A stretch of 64,000 nt of DNA from Fonticula-like sp. SCN 57-25 (Eukaryota), in NCBI GenBank assembly GCA_001724245.1, contig MEDX01000002.1, positions 1 to 64,000 on the forward strand. The letters run 5' to 3'. The stretch's first letter is position 1; each line of letters starts with the position of its first letter. Under the pieces are notes generated by a model. It saw only the letters and a program-made list of their open reading frames with translations, searched no databases and was not told the origin of the DNA. The position numbers and the translations under genes are program-made. Shown one piece after another: positions 1 to 12,252 of this stretch.

Positions 1-358
1 CGCTGGCAAGGCCCCCGCCAAGGCTGCCAAGTCGGCCGCTTCGGGTGACAAGAAGAAGAAGCGCAACAAGACCCGCAAGGAGACCTATGCCTCGTACATT
101 TACAAGGTCCTCAAGCAGGTTCACCCCGAGACTGGCATCTCGAACAAGGCCATGCTCATCATGAACTCGTTTGTCAACGACATTTTCGAGCGCATTGCCA
201 CTGAGGCCTCGAAGCTCGCGTCGTCCAACAAGCGCTCGACCATCACCTCGCGCGAGATCCAGACTGGCGTCCGCCTCATCCTCCCCGGTGAGCTCTCCAA
301 GCACGCTGTCTCTGAGGGCACCAAGGCCGTCACCAAGTTCACCAGCTCGACCAAGTAA
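1..358 (+). CDS. H2B: Histone H2B (5' end outside window)
   Basis: Reads [50 protein letters not shown]...[19 protein letters not shown], the canonical H2B fold. Confidence 0.98.
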   Translation, partial: AGKAPAKAAKSAASGDKKKKRNKTRKETYASYIYKVLKQVHPETGISNKAMLIMNSFVNDIFERIATEASKLASSNKRSTITSREIQTGVRLILPGELSKHAVSEGTKAVTKFTSSTK

Positions 359-835
359 GCGAGTTGTGTGCTTGAGATTTGCGCTTGCGCATTTCTATCT
401 TTTTTCGTGGTGTTTTTTAACACCAACACTTATACAAAGAATCACGTCTATTGGCCCCATAAACATCGTGTTTTATGTTGTGCTGCTGTAAATAATGTGC
501 TGTAATGCTAGTGCTTGCACTACATGCGCATATGCACATCGTGTTTGTACACTATTCTTTTTGCTGGTGTTGACATGCTGCTTTGCCTTGGTCGATGCCA
601 GGGAATGCTCAATGTACCCATGCATGATTCCGTATTCCCATGTCTCTATATTCGGTAGCGCCTCTATAGTCTCCGCGGGGAATTTAGCCCGCCAAGTCTC
701 GCGCGGTCAACAACAGTACACGCATCATGCCTAGAGCAGTTTCGGACAATTCCTTTCAAAACACATTTTATTTGATGACGTCAGTATTGGTCTGCATACC
801 GCGCCTCGCCCCCCTGACCGTCAGCACATCTTTCG

Positions 836-2089
836 ATGGCGACCCACGAGGATCCCCTGGACTTACCGCGCGTCGGCAGCGAGTACCTTTTCTCCGCGCC
901 GGCGTCGCTCCCCGACGTCTCTCTCCTGCTCGACGATTGGCAGGTCGACAATGCCCTTCTCGGCGATCCCACGCTTCTCCCGCCCGGCGAAACGCTGACA
1001 CCAGATCCGCTGACCAATGATGCGCTGACCGCCGATGCCACCCCCTTCCCCGACGATCCGCCGTCCGTCTCGCGCTCTCTTGGCGCCGCGACGCCGCCGC
1101 CCGTCGCCGCCGCGCCCGCCTTCAAGCCAATCGGCCGCCCGCTCAACTCGCCGATGCTGCTCAGCCGCTCGCCCGCGCCGGCATCCCCGCCGCTGACCCC
1201 CCCCGGCGGCTTTCCCGCCTCCTACCCGCTCGCGCCCGCCAGCGACCAGTCGCTCATTTCCTTTTCCTCTTCGCGCCCCGCGCCGATGTCGGCCTTCCAG
1301 GTCGTCCCCGAGTGCCTGCCCTCGCCGCTGCCCGCCCTCTTCGACCCGAACCGCGCGTCCGCCGGCCCCCTCTCGCTCGCCCTCTTTGGCGACGCGCCGC
1401 CCGCCATGCTGCCGTCGCCGCAGCCGCGCCACACTGCACCGCGCGCGCACGCGCCCAGCATGCGCGAGCCCGCTTCCTACTTTCCCTTTGTCGCGCAGCC
1501 GCTTCCCGACGCCGCGCCCGTCTTTCCGCCGCCAGACACCTTTGACGCCGCCGTGCCGACGCCCGACGACCTTCCGACCTTTCCCGCGGGCGAGAATGTT
1601 GTGGATGACAGCAGCGCAGTGGCGAGCAGCAGCGCCGTTGACGAGCAGAGCGCCGCACTAATGCAGCTTTTAAGTGCGCCTTCCGCCCCGCCGCCCGTCC
1701 TCATGGCGCAGCCAATGGCGCTCGCCGACATCCAAATCAAGCCAGAAGAGCCACAAGAACCTCTTTTTCAGCCACAAAAACATCAAATTCAGCCACAAAA
1801 ACACCAAATTCAGCCTCAAAATCACTCCCAAAATCACCAAACTCACGCTCAGCCGCCGCGCCGCCGCGTGCTTGACAAGAATGAGCGTCGCTCACTCAAG
1901 CGCATGCGCAACCGCGTGTCTGCGAGCCGCTGCCGCGACCGGAAGCGCGTGTGGCTGCACGACCTGCAGGACGCGCTGCAGGCGACGCAAGAGTACCAGG
2001 CGGCGGTCGAGGCGCGCACAAAGTACTTGAAGGCGGCGTGTAGGAGGGGAGTCGCAATCATGGAGGCGTCAAGGCGCGCCACTTTTTAG
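836..2089 (+). CDS. bZIP transcription factor, intronless, Pro-rich N-terminus
   Basis: C-terminal basic region KRMRNRVSASRCRDRKR followed by heptad leucines (LHDLQDALQATQEYQAAVEARTKYL). Confidence 0.9.
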   Translation: MATHEDPLDLPRVGSEYLFSAPASLPDVSLLLDDWQVDNALLGDPTLLPPGETLTPDPLTNDALTADATPFPDDPPSVSRSLGAATPPPVAAAPAFKPIGRPLNSPMLLSRSPAPASPPLTPPGGFPASYPLAPASDQSLISFSSSRPAPMSAFQVVPECLPSPLPALFDPNRASAGPLSLALFGDAPPAMLPSPQPRHTAPRAHAPSMREPASYFPFVAQPLPDAAPVFPPPDTFDAAVPTPDDLPTFPAGENVVDDSSAVASSSAVDEQSAALMQLLSAPSAPPPVLMAQPMALADIQIKPEEPQEPLFQPQKHQIQPQKHQIQPQNHSQNHQTHAQPPRRRVLDKNERRSLKRMRNRVSASRCRDRKRVWLHDLQDALQATQEYQAAVEARTKYLKAACRRGVAIMEASRRATF

Positions 2090-2483
2090 TAGGATTATAT
2101 GATTGGTGTGTATATTGTGTTGTGTATTGTGTGTATTGTGTGTAATTATAGCATAGATTGTGTTCATTTGTAGCATCCAATAGACCTTCTTATGTACTGA
2201 AACACACATTCATACCCATAAACCATCTTTTGATGCACATCATTAGACTATCATTCTATACCCATAGGCCATCATTGTGTATACATGCATGCACTGTCAT
2301 ATAGTGTACATAAACCACCTGTTAGTGTACATTAACCACCTTATAGTATACATAAACCATCTTTTGATGGACATCACTGTCATTTCATACCCATAAACTG
2401 TCATTTAGTGTACATAAACCATCATTATATTATTCTATTATATACATCATAATACTTGTACTCTACTTCTTCTACTTCTACTT

Positions 2484-4470
2484 CTATAACTTTCCCGCCA
2501 CATCCCCCCCCTCTGCCTCCCTCCTAAACACCTTCCCTCCCCCTCCCCTCCCCTGCACCTCCGCCGCCATCCTTCCCATCTGCATCTGCATCGCCCTAAC
2601 CACCCCCCTCAGCCCCTCCACTTCGTCGCGCAGCTGCAGCGTGTCGGCCACGCGGTACGCGTTCTGGGCAGAGGCAAAGCTGCGGAGCTGTTCGTGGAGG
2701 GCGTCCATGGTGAGGCGGAGTTGTTCGTTTTCTTGGCAGAGAAGCATAGAGGTTTCAGTGGCCTAATTGAGAGGAAAAGTGGGTTAGAAAAGGGGTAATG
2801 GGTGATATAATACATGTAGATGGGTATAGCAACACATGATACATATCACATTGATACATTGATACATGTACATGATACATATGCATGGTACATGATCATG
2901 ATAGATACACTGATACATACACAGTCATTGATTCATGTACATGATACATATACACTGATACATGTATATGATAGATACACTGATACATGATACATACACA
3001 TTGATACAAGGACATTGATACATACACATTGATACAAGGACATTGATACATGTACATGAACACATACACATTGATACATGTACATTGATGCATGTACATG
3101 ATACATACACATTGATAGATGTACATATACATTGATACATGTACACTGATACATACACTGATACATGTACATGGTACATACACTGATACATGGGCACATA
3201 CACATTGACATGTACATGATAGATATACAATACATGTACATGATAGACAATACAAGATACATACACATTGATACATGTACATGATACTTACATTGATACA
3301 TGTACATGAGCACATAATGGTCATGTACACATGAATACACGGACAACACATTGACACTTTCACAAATATACCTATCCACGTGGACATCTACATCCCATCC
3401 CATTCATCGTTCGTACCATGTCATGCCGCCTCCCGATTGCCGCAAGATCAACTTCAAGCTGCTCAACACGCAACCTCAAAGCACTACTCTGCTCTCTCAA
3501 CACATTATGCTATTAATACATGTGAGTATCACGTGGCCATGTGAGCAACATCATTATCAAAACATCCACAAACATCCCCTTAACAGCCCCTTTCGTACCT
3601 CTCGCTCTTGGGCCAGAAGGAACGGCTTGATGCGCACGAATGCGCACTCTGCCGCGTGCGCCGGCATTGCCTCGCGCTTGACCGTCGCAGCGCACCCAAA
3701 CCGCTCGCACTCGCACGGGACGGCGTGCTGGTTGCAGCTCTGCATGTGCGCCATCAGATCGCCGCGGGTGACTTGAGCGCCGCAGTCATCGCATGAGACG
3801 AGGGAGGCATCGCAGGCGCTTTGAGCGTGGTGATCCTGGTCGCCGGCGTGGACGGTGAGGCCGCAGCGGGGGCAGGGGACGGGGCGGAAGGTGCACACAA
3901 GCTCGTGATCGGGGATCTGTGATCGCGGTAACTGGGATGCACACGGAGTCAGTGTTGGAATCAGATGGTAATGAGCAAACATGAGCACGACAATCATGAC
4001 AAAAGATACTCAATATGGTGCCAATATCAAACATATCATTATCAATATTCACACAATATAGTCAAATATGCGCCATAGGGCGATATATTGGGGAATAATG
4101 CACGTACCCGGCGGGAGCAGCTGGGATGCCGGCATGGGATTGGGTCGTGCGGGCATGCGTTCGCGAGATGCGCCGCAAGGAGTGACCGCTCGGGCGTCTC
4201 TCCGCAGCCTTGAGACGCGTGAGGGCAGCGGATCCGCAGCTCATTGACGAGGTTGACCACGATGAGACTGGCCGGCGCGAGGTCGGCGTCCGCGATCGCC
4301 ATGCGGCACGTCGGGCATCGCGCATCGGCTCGCAGCGCCGCAGAGATGCACTCGCCGCAAAATGTGTGGCCGCAGGGCGACTGGACGGGTGTTTCAAAGG
4401 GGCACGCGCAGATGGCGCACAGCAGGTTGGCATTCACCGGCTCGACATACTCGTGGGCCGCGGCCGACAT
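2484..4470 (-). CDS. RING-HC + TRAF-type zinc finger + coiled-coil E3 ligase, no MATH domain, 3 introns
   Basis: CAICACPFETPVQSPCGHTFCGECI...CPTC RING; repeated C-x2/4-C...H-x3/4-C TRAF fingers; GTACG..AG introns at about 3932-4107, 3511-3598 and 2764-3417. Confidence 0.88.
2830..3360. repeat. Intronic imperfect repeat island (TGATACA/TGTACA)
   Basis: Dozens of shuffled TGATACATGTACA-like words. Confidence 0.9.
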
Positions 4471-4591
4471 GCCGAACCCACGCAATCAGGCGCAATCAGA
4501 TGGAATAAGCGGAATCAGTCACCGATCTGGAATCACGTGACCGGAATATTTTCTGTTGGGCGCCTTTGACGTTTGGCGGCATCCGGGCGCC

Positions 4592-5424
4592 ATGTCTGAC
4601 GACGAGTCGAGCCCCCCGCCGGGCAAGGAGGGTGGCGGGTACGCGCGTGCTCTTTGCTTATTCGCTTGATTAACCCTTTTTTCTTTCATTTTGATTCATT
4701 CAATGTTTAGTCGCAAGAAGCGCGCCAACCACAATGAGCTGGAGCGCAAGCGGCGGCATCACCAGAAAAACACCATGAATGACTTGCGGGATGCCGTTCC
4801 GATCCTTCAAATGGAAAAGCCGTCGACGGTTTCTATTTTGAGCAAGGGTGCGCCAATATTTATTTTATTAAACGTTGCCTAATCTCTTTGCGGTGCAGCC
4901 AAGGAGTATATACAGATGCTCGAGCAGCGGGCGTACGAGCAGGAGGAGGAGCTCGGCGGACTCAGGAAGCGGCTCAAGCTGCCGCCGCTCTCGGGAAAGC
5001 TCATGGCGCCGCCGGTGTCGGGCAACGCAGACCTGACCAGGAAAAAGGTCGAGTCGGTACGTTATGATGACTGCGTTACTTGGTTCTCACCTCGGCATCC
5101 TTCAGGTGCGCCGGGAAAATGATGAGCTGCGCAATAAAATCATGGACGTCGAGCGTGCGATCGCGTCGGTGCACAAGGGCGGCGCACGGCCAGCGGTGGT
5201 ACGCGCGCACACTTTCTCGCTGTTCAGTCTGTCTCACACCCGGCGATCTTTTGCAGAGTGCCGTGCCGGCCTTTGGATCCGTGGACCCCAATTTGGTTCT
5301 CGCGGCGCACCAGGTACGTTTCAATTGCCGCGCACCGCATTGCTCACGCGCATGGTAGGCCGCTGTGGCGGAAGAAGAGGACGATGTCGACGATGACGAG
5401 GAGGAGATCATTGACGACATCTGA
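4592..5424 (+). CDS. bHLH-leucine zipper transcription factor, Myc/Max/Mad-like, 5 introns
   Basis: Spliced product has KKRANHNELERKRR...LRDAVP...KPSTVSILSKAKEYIQML; the H-E-R basic residues are those of class B (CACGTG) binders. Confidence 0.88.
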
Positions 5425-5665
5425 GCGCGTCCGTCTCGTGTAAACTGCATTCTGCCGGTCGGCACGCGCGGAAGCGCCGCTCGTCTCCTTTCCGCTTTTT
5501 TCATAGTTTCTTTCCGTTTCCGTTCTTTTTCCCTTCCCGTTCTTTTCCCTTTTCCTCTGCGATCCAGCCGGCCAAGAGTTCATGCGGGGGGGGTAACATT
5601 TGTACAGTACATCATAAAATAGGCCAGCACGATTCCCGTTTAAAAATGAAAAAAACAAGGAAGAG

Positions 5666-5966
5666 TTAGCCCTGGCGCTGCTTGTGCTTCGGGTTGCGGT
5701 CGCAGTACACAAAGACGACGCCTCTCCGCTTCACTAATATGAGAATGAGGTCAGCCGATGCGGGCATGCGCAGGAAAGAAAAGAGGCGTACCGACGCGGC
5801 AATCCTCGCAAAGACGCTTGACGGACGAGCGGATCTTCATGCCGCGCGCCGCACCGAGCGACCAACCGAGGGCCGTGTGCGTCATCTCGCGCGCGTGCGT
5901 CACGACGGGCGCCAAAAAGCGGGGCAGCATGCCCGACATTACGAGCGGTCGCCACGGCGCCGACAT
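5666..5966 (-). CDS. MRPL36: Mitochondrial ribosomal protein bL36m, 1 intron
   Basis: MKIRSSVKRLCEDCRV + VKRRGVVFVYCDRNPKHKQRQG* after an intron at about 5734-5791; N-terminal presequence. Confidence 0.9.
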
Positions 5967-6355
5967 CCCGACGAACAAAGGACAACGAGGATCGTGTGCA
6001 CACGCCTGTGCACAACCCTGTAGCAACAATGATTCGAACGTTAGATCAACAGCATTGCGGCAGCAGTGTCAACTGTCTGCCAATGAAACATGATCATTCA
6101 TTATGTACAGCATTGCCGCAGCATTGTAGGCAACGCTGCAATCAAAACATTTCATCGGTGCATGCAGACCGGGGCCAAGTCATAGTTTCGCGCCAACGTC
6201 AGTCCGATTCTTGTTTTCCTGTTTGGATCGTCACTTTTAGACGTCCTTTCAACCGTCGCGCAGCTCTCTTTCCCCTCTTCAAGCTACCTATCTAGAGACT
6301 GGCCAGCTCCGTTCCTTTCCCGCAATTTATTGCGCCCGTCGCGGTCGACGCGACG

Positions 6356-8169
6356 ATGCCGTCGTTCCCTGCTTTCCAGGGGAAGAAGGCCGGCAAGCAT
6401 GGGTCGTCGACCCTGTGCATCGCGGGCGACTTTGAGCCCGAAAAGCACTACTACCCGCGCGTGCTGAACGCGCAGATCCACCCCGTCGTGAATCAGCTTC
6501 TTCATCTCAGCAATGACCGCATCATTGCCCGGTTCGCTCAGCTCTACCCGACGGCGAATCGCCATGTCCTCCGCGAGCTGCTAAACTACACGCCCGAGTA
6601 CTTCAAGTGGGCCGGCTCTGATCTCCTTCACGCGACCACGTCGGATGGCCGCCGTCGCATGGTGTGCATCGAGACCAACTCGTGCCCCTCTGGCCAAAAG
6701 TCGATGCCGCTCGCCGACGAAGATTGCCAGTTTGGCGGGTACCGCTCCGTCCTCGAGCGCACCTTCAACGACATTGCCGCGCGCGCCGACCCGCAGCTCG
6801 GCGCGCTCGCCGTCGTCTACGACAAGAACCCGATGGAGGCATCCGGCTACGCCAACGTGATGGCATCCGTCTTTGGCGAGCCCGTCCTCCTCGCCGAGTT
6901 TTACGACAGCGATCCCGACCCGCCGGTCAAGTGGGAAGACGGCGTCATGTTTGTCCGCCACCCGCAGTCCCACGGTGCGTTATTATTGATATTTAATTGG
7001 CATTTTGCTGACGCACGTGCGTTTTTTTTGCAGAGTGGGTGTCGATCCGCGCGGCCTTTCGCTACGTCACGCAGCGCCCCTGGCTTCGCTTCCCCACGCG
7101 CTCGCGCACGCTCATCCTGAACCCGATTGTTGCGTGCCTCGCCGGCGGCCGCAACAAGGCGATGGCGGCGCTCGCGTACGGCGCCTTCAACGAGCAGTAC
7201 CGCGAGGCCGGCCTGCGCATCCGCACGCCGCACACGAGCACGGGCATCCGAAAGGCCGACGTGCCGGCCATCATCGACGCCATGGGCGGGCACGGCGTCA
7301 TCAAGGTGCCGTATGCGAATGCGGGGCAGGGGATTTATACGATTACGCGCCAGCAGGAGCTCGCTGACTTTATGGCGGAGCGGCACCCGTACGACAGGTT
7401 TATCGTGCAGAGTCTCATCGGAAATCCGGCTTGGTCATCTACTACCACTGTGCGCATTTTTTGGGTAGATTTGGTCATTTTTTGGTTGTTTTTTTGGGGA
7501 TTGGTGTGTCATTTTTGGTGTTTTTTTGGATCAATTCAGGTTTGTTTTTGGATGAATTTTGGCTCATTTTTGGATCATCTTTGTCTATTTTTGTATCATT
7601 TTCTTATCTTTCTGCTTAGGACGGATGCTTCCACCACGTGGGCACAGTCCCTAATGAACGCGGCGAAACTTTCGTCGCCGACCTTCGCGTGATGGTGAGC
7701 GCCTGCAGCGCCGACGGCTTCAAGCCCGTCGCCCTCTACGCGCGCCGCGCCCGCAAGCCGCTCGCCGACGTCATCGAGCCTGAATCCCACGGTGCGTTCC
7801 CATTGGTCAGAATCGCCCTTTGCTGACACACCATTATTTTTCTTTTTCGTTCTTGTCATTGCTTCAGTGACCACCTGGGACATGCTTGGCACGAACCTTT
7901 CGATCAAGGACGCCGCGGGAAATTGGACGACCGCGAGCAACCGCCTTGTTATGATGGACCGCAAGGACTTTGGCGTGCTTGGCCTCGGCATTGACGAGCT
8001 TATTGAGGCGTACCTTCAGACCGTCTTTAGCGTGGTCGCCATTGACCACATGTGCAAGCGGCTCATGACGAGCGACGGGTTTGACTATGCGCTGTTTAAC
8101 GAGTTGAACCCCGATGAGGATCTCATGCGCGAGATCAATGAGGCATCGGCCGCGTGTGGCGCCCGATAG
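6356..8169 (+). CDS. Uncharacterised ATP-grasp-like protein, 3 introns
   Basis: Motifs [33 protein letters not shown] and ADLRVMV resemble ATP-grasp ligase motifs; GTGCG..AG introns restore one frame. Confidence 0.65.
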
Positions 8170-8399
8170 TATTGAAAGCACTCCGCCAGGATATGCACTG
8201 CATGCTGCACAAGTAGACTGCACCAGTAGGGCGTTTGCCGGACTGCTTTAGATTAGGTTTGTTGTAGTTTTTATCATTTGCGCCTCAAATCAAATACATT
8301 AGCTTATATTATACACGCGCGTTTTACCTTTTTTTCGCTTAAATATGCGCTTTTAGCGCTCAAATATGCGCTTTTAACATTCAAAATATTCAATATACA

Positions 8400-9125
8400 C
8401 TACAAGAAGCCGATGGCTTCGGCAAGGGAATGTGGCGTGGGGTGAGCGGCGACGGCGTCGGGGGTGCGACCTGCGTCACGCAGTGCAGTTGCAGTGCTCT
8501 CGCCAATGGCAGCGACGCGCACTTCACCTGGAATATGCCGCGCTAGCCGCGATGCCGCCGATGGGCTGAACAGGACGGCCCAGTCGCCCTTCTTTAAACT
8601 TGAAAGCGCCGCCATCGCGTGCTCTTCAATCACAACAGTATCGTACAAATGTGTCTCAATAAATGGAATTCCCTCGCGTGTCATTGCGGCGACAAGTTCC
8701 GGCCGTCTTTGCGCGGCGCACGGGAACCACACGCGTGGGATGGCGCCACGTTGCCAGTCGGCGGCGATGCGGACGGCGAGGACGGATCCGGATCCCGCAT
8801 CGGCGCCCGTCGTCGCCCAGCCGGGGAAGCTCTTGTGGACGGCCGCGGCGGTGCCAGGCCCGACGACGTACGCAGTCATGCCGACTGGCCACTCGATGCC
8901 GTCGGTGGCCGCAGCGAGGTACCGCACGCACTTTGGGCTGGTGAGAAGCACGATGGAATCGCTCAGCTGCATGGCGATCCTTCTCGATTCATCCGCGTTG
9001 AGCGGCACCGACCGCATCACCGGGACGCGCTGCGCGTTCACGCCGAGCGCGCACATGGCGGCCGCAAAGTCGTCCAGCGCATCCTCCTCGGCCGCCGGCT
9101 CGCCCTTGAGCAGCAGCGCGCGCAT
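8400..9125 (-). CDS. UROS: Uroporphyrinogen-III synthase, intronless
   Basis: LLLK start, LLTSPK, YVVGPGTA, LYDT, FSPSA, AAIGESTA, AAHPTP motifs of HemD/UROS. Confidence 0.88.
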   Translation of the reverse strand: MRALLLKGEPAAEEDALDDFAAAMCALGVNAQRVPVMRSVPLNADESRRIAMQLSDSIVLLTSPKCVRYLAAATDGIEWPVGMTAYVVGPGTAAAVHKSFPGWATTGADAGSGSVLAVRIAADWQRGAIPRVWFPCAAQRRPELVAAMTREGIPFIETHLYDTVVIEEHAMAALSSLKKGDWAVLFSPSAASRLARHIPGEVRVAAIGESTATALRDAGRTPDAVAAHPTPHSLAEAIGFL

Positions 9126-9220
9126 CGCAAACGCTGACAGGCGCAATCCGGGGCAGACTTTAAATACGAATCAGGGGTGGAATCTGCCCCTGACACTTGT
9201 GAACCGCCAACTGCGCCAGA

Positions 9221-11754
9221 ATGCAAGGCGGCGGCGGATGGGGCCAAGGCGGGCCGCATCGCCCGCAGGGAGGGCAGCAATATGGTAATTTTAACGCGGT
9301 TCCGCCGCCTTCAGCGCCCGCGCGGCCGGCTTACCCTGCCGGTTATGCGGCGCCACAGCCGGGCACGCCGGGCTACGAGGCCTACATGCAGTACGTTTGG
9401 ACGCAGTACTACCAGCAGCAGGCTGCAAATGCTGCCGCGGCATCGGCGATGGGCACAACGACAACTTCTCCTGCGGCGAATGTTTACCGCGGGTCGGCAA
9501 TGCCGTCGGCGATGCCTGCTGCGTACGGCGCCGGCTACAACACCGTGCCGCCGCCCAATCGACCTGCCGCGTACGGCGCCGGTGCGACGCTGTCAGCGCG
9601 CCCAGTGTCGTATGCCGCTGCGACGCGCGGCCCTGTTCAGCTGACCCCCGTGGCGAGCGCGACGGGCGCGGCGGCAACGCAGCGTAAAACGCCGTGGGGC
9701 ACGTGGACTGTGGAGAGCACGGCGGTCAAGCCCGCTGTGCCGACCGCCGACCCCGGTGCCTTTCCGCCTGCACTGCTGTACGCAAACTATTATGAAGAAA
9801 AGTGTCATTTTTGAATAAGAATTGTGAAAGTGAAATGCTTATGATAATGTATAATATGATATTGGTCATGTGAATGTTGACGTTGTCAGTATTGTTGTCT
9901 GTCTTTGTGTGTGTGTATGGTATTGAGTGTGAGTATAAGTACATGATACTTGTTCATATTTGTGCTCATGATACTCACTATTTCTCTTCTTTTCTTCACT
10001 TTTAACACGTCTTTAAGTGAATATACGCGTCGTGCGATGCAACTCGCAAAAACCGACGCCGAACGCAAGCAGGCCGAGACGCTCATTTCGCAGACCATTG
10101 TCGAGGCGACACGTGAGGGTGTTTTGCGGACACGTGATTGGTCAAAGTACCCTCTGCCATCGTGCGCCCATTGGTCCATTTGTTATTAGGGCTTAGACTG
10201 ACACCACGTGGTCGTGTAGGTTGACGTCGCCTGAAAAGATCGCCTTCAAGCTGCCCACCAAAAACATGTACGTTTTATGATGTCATTGTTTTATGTTATT
10301 GTCCATTGGCATGATTGTCTATTGATATGACTGTTGTCTATTAACATGGCTATTTGAGCTATTGATATGACTATTGATATGACTATTGACATGATATTGA
10401 CATGAGTGTTCCATGACATGATATTGACATGAGTGTTCCATGACATGGCTATTGATATGAGTGTTCTATGACATGACTGTTGTCTATTGATATGACTATT
10501 GATATGACTATTGACATGACTGTCCTATGACATGACTATTGACAACGTTCTATAACATGACATCTATTGACATGAGTGTTCTATATTGACACATGACTGT
10601 CCTATATTCCTTCATTTGCTGACTCATCCTTTCCTTTCCTTTTCAGTGCCAAAAAACGCCCCACCTTTGGCGACGACATGACCTCTACCAGCACTTCTTC
10701 CCCTTCCACTTCCCGCCTCGTCCCAGTCACCGCCGCCACCGCCGCCCCCCTAAAAGACACCCCCCAAAACGGCGGGAAAAACAAGGACAAAAACCGCTCC
10801 AAAAAGTCGGTTTTAAAATCACTCATTTCCGACGCGTCCCTTTCCGGCGATCGCTCCGAGCAGCGCGAAAAACGACTGCGCCGCTTCGAATCAAGCTCGA
10901 GTGGGAGTCACGTGACTACAACACGTGACGATGACGTTGATGATTGGGCTGATACTGGGCTAGTAGGCACGTGCACGCGCCTTGAAAAGCGCTATTTCCG
11001 CCTAACTGCCGCGCCAAATCCCGCTGATGTACGTCCACTAACTGTCCTAAAAGAGACACTTTTACTATTAGAACAGAAATGGCGCACAGAAAAAGACTAT
11101 TTTTACATATGCGATCAGTTCAAATCGCTTCGCCAAGATCTCTCCGTTCAGCATATTCGAAATGACTTTACCGCGCTTGTCTATGAGTCACATGCACGAA
11201 TTGCGCTTGAAAAAGGCGATATTGGCGAGTTTAATCAGTGCCAGACACAGCTACGTGAGCTCTATTTACAAGGAATTCCAGGTAGCCAATCAGAATTCCT
11301 TGCCTATCGCATTCTCTACTTTTTAATGTCAAGATCTGCTTCAGACTTGAACAATGCACTCGCCATATTGACCCATATTGAAAGATGTCAGCCTGAAGTG
11401 CAGCATGCACTAAAAGTGAGACACGCAAGTGTGACTGGCAATTACATAAGGTGGTTTCAATTATACTCGTCTGCACCGCATATGGGAAAGTATCTTATGG
11501 GTCACTTTGCGCAGCGTGAAAGGCTTGTTGCTATGCGTGCAATTTGCAAGTCATTTAGGCCGTCAATTGAAGTAGAAACGGTTAGGGCATGGCTTGGGTT
11601 TGAAAGGGAAAAAGTGGAAGAGTTTTTGGGTGAAATTGGGGTGACGTATGTGGAGAAAAACAGGAAAGTGATTGATACAAAGGCGTCGATGCAGGCGGTG
11701 GTGAATGCGGCGCATAGTGCGAATGCGAGGGTGGATATCAAGGGGCAGTTGTAA
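9221..11754 (+). CDS. LENG8: SAC3/GANP-domain protein, LENG8/Thp3-like, 3 introns
   Basis: VGTCTRLEKRYFRLTAAPNPADVRP, YICDQFKSLRQDL, VYESHARIALEKGDIGEFNQCQTQL. Confidence 0.92.
10300..10600. repeat. Intronic imperfect repeat island (CTATTGAYATGA)
   Basis: Visible degenerate tandem words. Confidence 0.9.
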
Positions 11755-11799
11755 TTGTACATATGGAATAAAAGATAGGAAGATGTGTATTGAAGGAAT

Positions 11800-12190
11800 G
11801 AAAGTGATGGGGATAGTTGAAAGTGTGTATTCATGATAGATGATACATGTATTGATGATGGTACAGTAGATGGTAATACAAGATGCATGTATTGATGGTA
11901 CTGTACGATACATGGTATTACATGATACATGTATTGATGATAGATGATGATACATAATACAATGTCATGTATTGATGGTATACTTGATACATGTATTGAT
12001 GATGGCACATGGTAATATGCCATACATGTGTTGGTAATAGATAGATATATTATTATGACTATGATATGATCACGACAACACAGATAGATATATTATTATG
12101 ACCATGAATATGATCATGATAACACTGATAGATATATTATTTTGACCATGAATATGATATGATAAATACATGATCATAATATATGTCATT
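11800..12190. repeat. Convergent intergenic repeat island (GATACATGTATTGATG; GATAGATATATTATT)
   Basis: Visible degenerate tandem words. Confidence 0.85.
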
Positions 12191-12252
12191 TCACACTTGA
12201 AATCTTTATCCTTAATATTAATAATACTTTTTATTGATAACAAAATTCAGAA

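Noticed and set aside
359-500. Histone 3' stem-loop after H2B
   Set aside because: No canonical 6-bp stem with 4-nt loop visible; probably polyadenylated
2896-3403. ORFs rich in M/Y/C/V/H over repeat islands (also 16402, 28900-29434, 52856-53375, 62994-63665)
   Set aside because: Translations of low-complexity intronic repeats; the flanking exons join across them with GT-AG
8400-9125. Intronless UROS as a possible bacterial transfer
   Set aside because: The N-terminus (LLLK...D.F...G) looks like eukaryotic UROS, and other native genes here are also intronless
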